Below, piece after piece: positions 7,704-15,300 of a stretch of 24,000 bases of DNA (position 1 is the first letter of the stretch; every line of letters starts with the position of its first letter). Both the position numbers and the translations under genes were made by a program. The DNA is from Pseudactinotalea sp. HY158. GTDB taxonomy: Bacteria; Actinomycetota; Actinomycetes; Actinomycetales; Beutenbergiaceae. The stretch lies in assembly GCF_009660225.1 (NCBI RefSeq), contig NZ_CP045920.1, positions 2,406,079 through 2,430,078 of the forward strand, in the 5' to 3' direction. Under the pieces are notes generated by a model. The model worked only from the letters and a program-made list of their open reading frames with translations. It had not been told where the DNA came from and ran no database searches.

Positions 7704-7732
7704 AGCCTACAGCGGCGTTGCAAATACGCAAC
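7704..7732 (-). promoter_or_regulatory. Putative leaderless-type promoter with an overlapping palindromic operator for the islet operon
   Basis: The minus strand reads TTGCGT (7731..7726), a 16-nt spacer, TAGGCT (7709..7704, fits TANNNT), 6 nt, then the GTG start at 7697. The inverted repeat GTTGC-N6-GCAAC (7717..7732) overlaps the -35 element. Confidence 0.4.
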
Positions 7733-7862
7733 ATAGTCGAAGGGTCCGGGGCTCTTCGCTGTTGACGGTCTGCGGGTCGTCGGCACGCTCCGGGCCGTAC
7801 ACACCGTCCTGATAGGCCTCACGTTGTGTTCTCGCTGAACATCACGAAGCTCTCGAAGAACG

Positions 7863-8975
7863 TCAGCGCACTCGCCGGCCCCGCAGGAAGACGGCGCTCG
7901 GGCGGGCGAGCACACCGATGTCGGTCCGCGGATCCTCCGGGTAGACGACGACGTCCGCCGGCGCCCCCTCGGCGATCCCGGGCGCCCCGAGATACGTGCG
8001 CGCGGCCCACGTCGCGGCGGCGAGGACATCGGCGGCGGGCACCCCCGCGGCCACGAGCTCGGCGGCCTCGTCGGCGATCCGGCCGTGCCGGATCAGGCCC
8101 CCGGCGTCGGTGCCCACGAGGATCTGCACGCCGGCGGCGTGCATCGCGGCCACCTGCTCGTGGCGGCGGGCGTGCAGGCGTCGCATCCGTGCGGCATAGC
8201 GGGGATACCTCACACCGGCCTGGTCGGCGATCGCGGCGAAGTTGGCGATCTGCACGAGCGTGGGGGTGACGGCGACACCCGCCTCCGCGGCCCGGTCGAG
8301 CTGGGCGGGTGTCATGCCGGTGCCGTGCTCGATGCAGTCGACGCCGGCGTCGAGCAGATCCTCGACCGTCTCGGTGGCGAAGGTGTGCACCATGACCCGG
8401 GCGCCGTGGCCGTGGGCCGCCGCCACTCCCTCCCGCAGTTGCCTCGCCGTCCACAGGGGCCGCAGGTCGGCGGCGGCGCCGTCGCTCCGGTCGATCCAGT
8501 CCCCCACGATCTTGACCCAGCCGTCGCCGGCGCGGGCCTGGGCGGCCATCGCGGCCGGCAGGTCGTCCGGGTCGTCGAGCTCGTGGGCGTAATCGCGCAC
8601 GTACCGCTTCGGACGCGCGAGGTGCCGGCCGGCGCGGATGAGGCGGGGCATGCCCGTCTCGCGCCGGATCCACGCCGTGTCGGCCGGTGACCCGGCATCG
8701 CGCACGAGCAGCACCCCGGCGCGCACGTCCGCGTCCGCCTGGGCGCGGGTCGCGGCCTCATCGATCGCGCCGAGTGGGCCGAGGCCGAGGTGGCAGTGCA
8801 CATCGACGAGTCCGGGGGTGATCCAGCCCAACAGCGACTCGGGCGACTCGGGCGCCTCACCCGACTCCCCCGACTCCCAGCCGGCAGCGGACGCGAAGGT
8901 GAGCCGGTCGCCGTCGATACGAACCCGCTCGCGCTCCACCCCACCCGTGAGGACGACGCCGCTCAGCGTGGTCAC
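7863..8975 (-). CDS. Metal-dependent amidohydrolase family protein (Rv2915c-like, conserved neighbour of ffh)
   Basis: The 370-aa ORF has the HxH metal motif (GLVDVHCHLG), later His and Asp ligands (VMVHTF, CIEHGT, LVGTDAG), and strong G/C at third codon positions. Confidence 0.85.
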   Translation of the reverse strand: MTTLSGVVLTGGVERERVRIDGDRLTFASAAGWESGESGEAPESPESLLGWITPGLVDVHCHLGLGPLGAIDEAATRAQADADVRAGVLLVRDAGSPADTAWIRRETGMPRLIRAGRHLARPKRYVRDYAHELDDPDDLPAAMAAQARAGDGWVKIVGDWIDRSDGAAADLRPLWTARQLREGVAAAHGHGARVMVHTFATETVEDLLDAGVDCIEHGTGMTPAQLDRAAEAGVAVTPTLVQIANFAAIADQAGVRYPRYAARMRRLHARRHEQVAAMHAAGVQILVGTDAGGLIRHGRIADEAAELVAAGVPAADVLAAATWAARTYLGAPGIAEGAPADVVVYPEDPRTDIGVLARPSAVFLRGRRVR

Positions 8976-8981
8976 GGGCGG

Positions 8982-10577
8982 CTAGTTCTTGAGGAAGTCG
9001 CCGAGGTCGCTCGGGAGCTTGCCCGGGTCGAAGTCCGCGGGCTCGGGCGCCTGCCCGAACGCCGACCCGGCGCTCGCCTGGGATTGCGAGGCGGCCTCGC
9101 GTTCCTGCTGGGCGCGCTTGGCGGGATTGCCGGACTTGCCCTTCTTGCGCTTGGGCGCCGGCGCCATCCGGCCGCGGGACTTCTTGCCGCTGCCGGGCAG
9201 GGACCCCATGCCGCCCGCACCGGGCATCCCGCCCATGCCGGGCATGCCCCCCATGCCGGGCATCCCACGGCCCCCGCTCTTGGCCATCGAACGCATCATG
9301 GTCTTGGCCTGGTCGAACCGCTGGAGCAGCTGGTTGATCTCGGTCACGGTGGTGCCGGATCCGCGGGCGATGCGGCTGCGGCGGGAGCCGTTGAGGATCT
9401 TCGGATTGTCGCGCTCACCGGGGGTCATCGAGTTGATGATCGCCTCGATCCGGTCGACCTCGCGCTCGTCGAAGTTCTCGAGCTGGTCGCGCATCTGCCC
9501 CATGCCGGGCAGCATCCCGAGCATCTTCTTCATCGATCCGAGCTTGCGCAGCTGCTGCATCTGGGCCATGAAGTCGGCGAGGGTGAAGTCGCCGTCGCCC
9601 GAGATCTTGTGGGCGATCTCGGCGGCCTGCTGCTCGTCGAAGGCCTTCTCGGCCTGCTCGATCAGGGTGAGGATGTCGCCCATGTCGAGGATGCGCGAGG
9701 CCATCCGGTCCGGGTGGAAGCGCTCGAAGTCGGAGAGCTTCTCACCGGTCGAGGCGAACAGCACGGGGCGGCCGGTGACCGTCCGGATCGACAGGGCCGC
9801 CCCGCCGCGGGCGTCGCCGTCGAGCTTGGAGAGCACGACCCCGGTGAAGCCGACGCCGTCACGGAAGGCCTCGGCCGTCGTCACGGCGTCCTGGCCGATC
9901 ATCGCATCGACCACGAAGAGGGTCTCGTCGGGGTTCACGGCGTCGCGGATGTTCGCGGCCTGCCGCATGAGTTCCTCGTCGACGCCGAGGCGTCCGGCGG
10001 TGTCGACGATCACGACGTCGTGGAGCTTGGCGCGGGCGTGCTCGACGCCGGCGCGGGCCACGAGCACCGGGTCGCCGACGCCGTTGCCGGGCTCGGGCGC
10101 CCACACGGCCACGCCGGCCTGCTCGCCCACGACCTGCAGCTGGGTCACGGCGTTGGGTCGCTGGAGGTCGGCCGCGACGAGGAGCGGGGTGTGCCCCTGC
10201 TCGCGCAGCCAGACGCCGAGCTTCCCGGCCAGCGTCGTCTTCCCGGCGCCCTGGAGGCCGGCGAGCATGATGACCGTCGGCGGGCGCTTCGCGAGGGTCA
10301 GCTCCCGGGACTCGCCGCCGAGGATCTCGATGAGTTCGTCGTTGACGATCTTGACGATCTGCTGACCGGGCTGGAGCGCCTTGGACAGGTCGGCGTCCTT
10401 GGCCTTCTCCCGCACCGCGCTGGTGAAGGCGCGCACGGCGGGCACGGCCACGTCGGCGTCGAGCAGGGCCCGGCGCACCTCGCTGATCGTCGTGTCGATG
10501 TCGGCGTCGGTGAGCCGGCCCTTGCCGCGCAGGGACTTGAGGCTGGCGGTGAGCCGGTCGGAAAGGCTGGCGAACAC
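8982..10577 (-). CDS. ffh: Signal recognition particle protein Ffh
   Basis: MFASLSDRLTASLKSLRGKGRLTDADID..., G1 GLQGAGKTTLAGKL, DTAGRL, SKLDGDARGGAALS, a Met/Gly-rich M domain (MPGMGGMPGMGGMPG) and a basic tail. GTG start, with GAAGGA 9 nt upstream. Confidence 0.97.
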   Translation of the reverse strand: MFASLSDRLTASLKSLRGKGRLTDADIDTTISEVRRALLDADVAVPAVRAFTSAVREKAKDADLSKALQPGQQIVKIVNDELIEILGGESRELTLAKRPPTVIMLAGLQGAGKTTLAGKLGVWLREQGHTPLLVAADLQRPNAVTQLQVVGEQAGVAVWAPEPGNGVGDPVLVARAGVEHARAKLHDVVIVDTAGRLGVDEELMRQAANIRDAVNPDETLFVVDAMIGQDAVTTAEAFRDGVGFTGVVLSKLDGDARGGAALSIRTVTGRPVLFASTGEKLSDFERFHPDRMASRILDMGDILTLIEQAEKAFDEQQAAEIAHKISGDGDFTLADFMAQMQQLRKLGSMKKMLGMLPGMGQMRDQLENFDEREVDRIEAIINSMTPGERDNPKILNGSRRSRIARGSGTTVTEINQLLQRFDQAKTMMRSMAKSGGRGMPGMGGMPGMGGMPGAGGMGSLPGSGKKSRGRMAPAPKRKKGKSGNPAKRAQQEREAASQSQASAGSAFGQAPEPADFDPGKLPSDLGDFLKN

Positions 10578-10632
10578 GGATGCGGTCCTTCGAGGCGTCG
10601 GGTATCGGGTCGTGCTGCTACAGGATAGGTGC

Positions 10633-11865
10633 TCAGCTCAGGAGGGCGTCCACGAAGTCCGCGGCGCTGAAGGGCGCGAGGTCGTCCGGGCCCTCCCCCA
10701 GGCCGACGAACTTCACGGGCACGCCGAGTTCGCGCTGGACGGCGATGACGATCCCGCCCTTGGCGGTGCCGTCGAGCTTGGTGAGCACGATCCCGGTCAC
10801 GCCGACGGCCTCGGCGAAGACCTGGGCCTGGCGCAGGCCGTTCTGGCCGGTCGTGGCGTCGAGCACGAGCAGCACCTCGCTCACGGGTGCCGCGCGCCCG
10901 ACCACGCGGGCGACCTTGCCGAGTTCGTCCATGAGGCCGGCCTTGTTCTGCAGCCGGCCGGCCGTGTCGACGATCACCACGTCGGCGCCGTCGGCGCGAC
11001 CGGTGGCGACCGCGTCGAAGGCGACGGCGGCCGGGTCGGCGCCGTCCCGGTCGGAGCGGACGACGGGCACCCCGACCCGCTCGCCCCACGTCTGCAGTTG
11101 GTCGGCGGCGGCGGCCCGGAAGGTGTCGGCGGCGCCGAGGACGACGTCACGCTCCTCGGCCACGAGCAGGCGCGCGAGCTTTCCGGCGGTGGTGGTCTTG
11201 CCGGTGCCGTTGACGCCGACCATGAGGATGGTCGCCGGGTGCGGCTCGCCGTCGTCGCCGAGGCGGGTCGCGGTCTCGAGGCTCCGGTCCATGGCCGGGT
11301 TCACGAGATCGAGCAGGAGGGTGCGCAGTTCCCCGCGCACGGAGTCCGGGTCGAGGGCGCCGGCCACGCGCGAGCGGGTGCGCAGCGCGCTCATGAGCTC
11401 ATCGGTCGGGGCCGAGCCGACGTCGGCGATCAGGAGGGTCTCCTCGAGTTCCTCCCAGTCGGCCTCGGTCAGGTGGTCGCGGGAGAGCACCGCGAGCAGG
11501 GCGCTGCCGAGGGCCCCGGAGCGGGCGAGCCGGCTGCGCAGACGCTCCATCCGGGTGCCGGCGCTCTCGGGGCGCTCGAGGGTAGGCGCCGCCTGTTCGA
11601 TCGCCCCGTCGATGTCGACGGTGTCGAGCACGCCGGCGGACTCGTCGCCCTCCGGCGGCGCGAGGGTGTCGACCCCGCCGGTGCCGGGCCCCTCGCCGTC
11701 CGACTCGGGTCGCTCAGCGGTGCCGGCGGGCGGTGTCTGCCGGGTCGGCGGCACCTCGGGGCCGCGCCGGCCACCGCGGCCGGGACGCAGGAACACGACC
11801 GTGCCGACCACGAGCACGACGATGGCGAGGGCGATCCACAGGAGCCAGGAGAAGGTATCCGTCAC
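10633..11865 (-). CDS. ftsY: Signal recognition particle receptor FtsY (with an N-terminal membrane helix)
   Basis: N-terminal TM helix WLLWIALAIVVLVVGTVVF, an acidic linker, then the SRP GTPase NG domain (GVNGTGKTTTAGKLA, DTAGRLQNK, TKLDGTAKGG). GTG start 11865, with AGGGGA upstream. Confidence 0.95.
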   Translation of the reverse strand: MTDTFSWLLWIALAIVVLVVGTVVFLRPGRGGRRGPEVPPTRQTPPAGTAERPESDGEGPGTGGVDTLAPPEGDESAGVLDTVDIDGAIEQAAPTLERPESAGTRMERLRSRLARSGALGSALLAVLSRDHLTEADWEELEETLLIADVGSAPTDELMSALRTRSRVAGALDPDSVRGELRTLLLDLVNPAMDRSLETATRLGDDGEPHPATILMVGVNGTGKTTTAGKLARLLVAEERDVVLGAADTFRAAAADQLQTWGERVGVPVVRSDRDGADPAAVAFDAVATGRADGADVVIVDTAGRLQNKAGLMDELGKVARVVGRAAPVSEVLLVLDATTGQNGLRQAQVFAEAVGVTGIVLTKLDGTAKGGIVIAVQRELGVPVKFVGLGEGPDDLAPFSAADFVDALLS

Positions 11866-11989
11866 ATCCCCTAGTCTGCCTCAACGACCGCGCGCCACCG
11901 AGCGGGGACCGATCCCCACACCCCGGGTGGTCGTCCTCCCCACTCACGAAGCAGGGCCCGTTCCCCGCACGAAGCAGGGGCCGTCGCGG

Positions 11990-12244
11990 TCAGGCGCGTG
12001 GGTGCGGCTCCGCCTCGCCCAGGGTCCACAGATCGCCGACCCGCAGATCACCCGTGCGGGCGGCGGGCTCGGCGATCGCGGCGGCCTCGGCCCGCACGGA
12101 GGTGAAGGCGGATCGGTCCCGCAGTGCGCCCCGATAGCGCGACCAGGCGTGCTTCCAGTCCCCACCGCGCGTCCCCAGGATCACGACGATCACGATCAAG
12201 GCGCACACGATGGCCGAGACGGTGGCGAGGACGGCTGCGGTCAT
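11990..12244 (-). CDS. Small hypothetical membrane protein (single N-terminal TM helix)
   Basis: The 84-aa ORF starts at an ATG and has the TM segment AAVLATVSAIVCALIVIVVILG. Third codon positions are almost all G/C when read by eye, consistent with real coding. No recognisable family. Confidence 0.55.
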   Translation of the reverse strand: MTAAVLATVSAIVCALIVIVVILGTRGGDWKHAWSRYRGALRDRSAFTSVRAEAAAIAEPAARTGDLRVGDLWTLGEAEPHPRA

Positions 12245-12353
12245 GTTCCGATTCTCACCCGCCCCGCCGCCGCGCCGGACACGGACACCCGGCCCGTCAC
12301 CGAATCTTCACGTGACCTCGCCCACCCTCACCCATCCGCACTCAGGGGCGGGC

Positions 12354-15300
12354 TCAGGCGGGTTCCCCCTGACCGAGCCGCTGGGAGATGAGGGTCGTGA
12401 CGCCGTCCCCACGCATCGTCACGCCGTAGAGCGCATCGGCAACCTCCATCGTGCGCTTCTGGTGGGTGATGACGATGAGCTGGGAGTCCTCGCGCAGCTC
12501 GCGGAAGATGTCGATGAGGCGCCCGAGGTTCGTGTCGTCGAGCGCGGCCTCGACCTCGTCCATGACGTAGAACGGGCTCGGCCGGGCCTTGAAGATCGCC
12601 ACGAGGATCGCGACCGCCGTGAGCGAGCGTTCCCCGCCGGACAGCAGCGAGAGCCGCTTGACCTTCTTGCCGGGCGGGCGCGCCTCCACCTCGATACCGG
12701 TGGTGAGCAGGTCGCCGGGGTCCGTGAGCAGGAGTCGGCCCTCGCCGCCGGGGAAGAGCCGGGCGAACACCCGCTCGAACTGCACCGCGGTGTCGGCGAA
12801 CGCGTCGGCGAAGACCTGCTCGACCCGCTCGTCGATCTCGGCCACGATCTGCAGCAGGTCCGCGCGCGAGGACTTGATGTCGGCGAGCTGACGGCTGAGG
12901 AAGTTGTGCCGTTCCTCGAGCGCCGCGTGCTCCTCGAGCGCGAGTGGGTTGACCTTGCCGAGGAGCGCGAGGGCGCGCTCGGCCTTCCGGAGCCGCTTCT
13001 CCTGCTCCGCGCGGACGAACGGCACGGGCGCGGCCTCCGCGTCGTCCTCCGCGCCCGCTGTGCCCGACGGGCCCGAGGTGGCCGGGATCAGCAGGTGCGG
13101 GCCGTAGGACTCGACGAGTTCCTCGGGGTCGAGCCCGAGCTCGTCGGCGGCCCGGGTGGCGAGCGCCTCGATCGTCGCGCGCTGGCCGGCCCGCGCCACC
13201 TCATCCTTATGGACGACGTCCGTCAGCTCCGCGTGTTCCCTCGCCAGGGCGTCGACCTGGGTGCGGACGGCGCCGAGTTCCGTCTCCCGGGCGGTCCGGG
13301 CCGCCTCGGCCTCGTCGCGGGCGCGCTGGGCCGCGGCGAGGGAGGTGTCGATCGCCGCGAGTGCGCGTTCGGCCCCCGCCTCGACGAGGTCCGCGCTCAC
13401 CCGTTGGGCCGCCCGGCCCGGGCGCGCTCGGCGGCGGCCTGGCGGTGCGGCGCTCGGTGGCCGCGACCGCTCGAGGGCGGCGGCGCGCCCGGATCGCGCG
13501 GAGCCGTTCCTCGAGGGTGCGCATGACGAGCCGGCATCGGTCTCGGCGCCGCGCGCGGTCGTGGCGGCGACGGCGGCCTCGTCGCGGGCCTCCGCCGCGG
13601 CCGTGGCCGGGTCGACACCGGCGGCGGGCCCGGCACCGGCGGCGGGCTCGTCGCGGGCCTCCCCCTCGGCGGCGGCGAGGGTGGCCGTGAGTTCGGCGAG
13701 CTCGGCGGCGATGGTCGACCGGCTCGCGTTCGCGTCCTCGATCGCCCCCGCGGTGCGCTCGGCCTCGGCGTGGCCGGCGCGCATGGTCGATCCCAGCTGC
13801 GCGAGGCGTTCGGCCACGGCGGCGAGCGCGGCGTCGGAGTCGTGCAGGGCGGCCAGGGCGGCATCGGCGTCGGACTGGGCGAGCTGCAGCGCCTCGCGCG
13901 CGGGCTCGAGGGCGGTCTCGATCCCGGCCAGTTCCCGCTCGGCGGCCGTGACCGCGGACGCGGCCTCGTCGCGGGCGGCGTGGAGTTCGAGCACGCTCGG
14001 GGAGTCGCCGGCGCCGCCGCTGGCGCGCGTCGCCGTGACGACGTCGCCGCCGCGGGTGACGGCGACGACGCCGGGGTCGCCGGCCCGGGCCACGTCGGCG
14101 GCTTCGGTCAGATCGTCCACGACCACGACCCCCTCGAGGAGGAGGAGAACGGCCCCGGCCACGTCGGGCTCCGGCGTGACGAGGTCGCTCGCCCACTCCC
14201 CCGCGACCGGTGCCGGCCGCCGCGCCGGCGCGCCGTCCCCGGCGATGACCAGGTGGGCGGTTCCGGACTCGTCGGCACGGACCCGCTCGAGCGCCGCGGC
14301 GGCGTCGTCGATGGTCTCGGCGACCGCGGCGTCCGCCCAGGTGCCGAGCGCCGCGGCGATCGCGTTCTCGTAGCCGGCGCGGACCTGCAGCCGGTCGGCG
14401 AATGCGCCGAGGATGCCGGGCACGTCGCCCTCGAGCAGGGTGCCGGTGGCGTCGCGGCGGGTGAGGCTCAGGTCGAGGGCGTCCCGGCGGGCCGTCCAGG
14501 TGGCGAGCTCGCCGCCGGTACCGCGGCGTCGTTCGGTCAGGCTCGTGACCGTCTCCTCCGCCGCAGTGAGCCGGGCCAGGGCGGCCTCGTGGGCGGTGTC
14601 GAGGTCCTCCTCGCCGGCCTCGGCACCGACCGCCTCCTGTTCGAGTCGGGCATAGGCGGACCCCGCCTCCTCGGCGCGGGAGCGGGCCGCGGCATGCCCG
14701 GCGCGCAGCCGCTCCACCTCGGCCTCGGTCGCCTCGAGTCGGCTGCGGGCCGCCGCGACCCGGCCCGTGAGGCGTGCGAGATGCTCACGGCGGTCGGCGG
14801 CATCCCGGTGCACCCGGGCGAGGGCCTTCTCGGCCTCGGCCGCGACCCCCTCCGCGTGCCTGCGTCGTTCGACGGCGGTCTCGAGCGCGGCAGCGGCCGC
14901 GGTGTGCTCGGCGGTCAGCTCGCCCTCGGTGCCACGGGCGCGGGCGGCCTGCGCGTCGAGGTCACGGGGATCCGGCCCGGTGACCGGTGCCCGGTCGTCC
15001 TCCTCGAGGAGGCGGCCCCGCTCGGCGGCGAGGGTGGCCGTGCCGCGCAGCCGTTCGCGCAGGCTCGAGAGCCGGAACCACATCTCGGCGGCCTCGTTGA
15101 GCGCGGGGGCGGCCGCGGCCGCCTCGCCCTCGAGGGCGGTGAGCCGGGCCCGGGCCTTGAGCTGGGAGTCCTCGACCTGCTCGCGGCGGGCCCGCAGGGC
15201 GTTCTCGTCGGCCTGCTCGGCCTCGAGGGCGGCCGTGAGCTGCACATAGTCGTCGGCGACCAGCCGCGCCTTCGCGTCCCGCAGATCCGCCTGCACCACG

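Larger units (their letters stand above)
4903..7862 (-). other. Lower-GC accessory islet (three-gene defence-like operon plus flanking non-coding DNA) inserted between rpsP and the amidohydrolase-ffh core block
   Basis: Hand GC counts of 60-nt lines:
- 5041-5100 = 30/60
- 5461-5520 = 32/60
- 6121-6180 = 37/60
- 6601-6660 = 41/60
- 7081-7140 = 41/60
- flanking core 4201-4260 = 49/60
- flanking core 8041-8100 = 48/60
The gene content is unrelated to the translation and SRP genes on both sides. No integrase or transposase is present. Confidence 0.65.

Noticed and set aside
4903-7862. The islet as an insertion sequence, transposon or prophage remnant
   Set aside because: There is no transposase, integrase or recombinase ORF, no tRNA or att-like direct repeats, and no phage structural genes. 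Only a weak 13-nt inverted repeat is present, reported separately at low interest.
9180-9290. Repetitive catgccgggcat DNA encoding MPGMGGMPGMGGMPG in ffh
   Set aside because: A Met/Gly-rich low-complexity segment is a normal feature of the Ffh M domain in high-GC Gram-positive bacteria. It is not an independent element.
10578-10632. Direct ftsY-ffh adjacency, lacking the amt-glnB-glnD genes found between them in Mycobacterium and Corynebacterium as I recall
   Set aside because: This is probably ordinary lineage-specific synteny rather than a local deletion. The 55-nt gap holds a plausible ffh promoter (TATCCT) and RBS and no scar. It cannot be evaluated without comparative genomes.
12308-12315. 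Perfect 8-bp palindrome TCACGTGA between smc and the small membrane-protein gene
   Set aside because: It is too short to distinguish from chance in 24 kb, and no second copy or flanking promoter elements were recognised.
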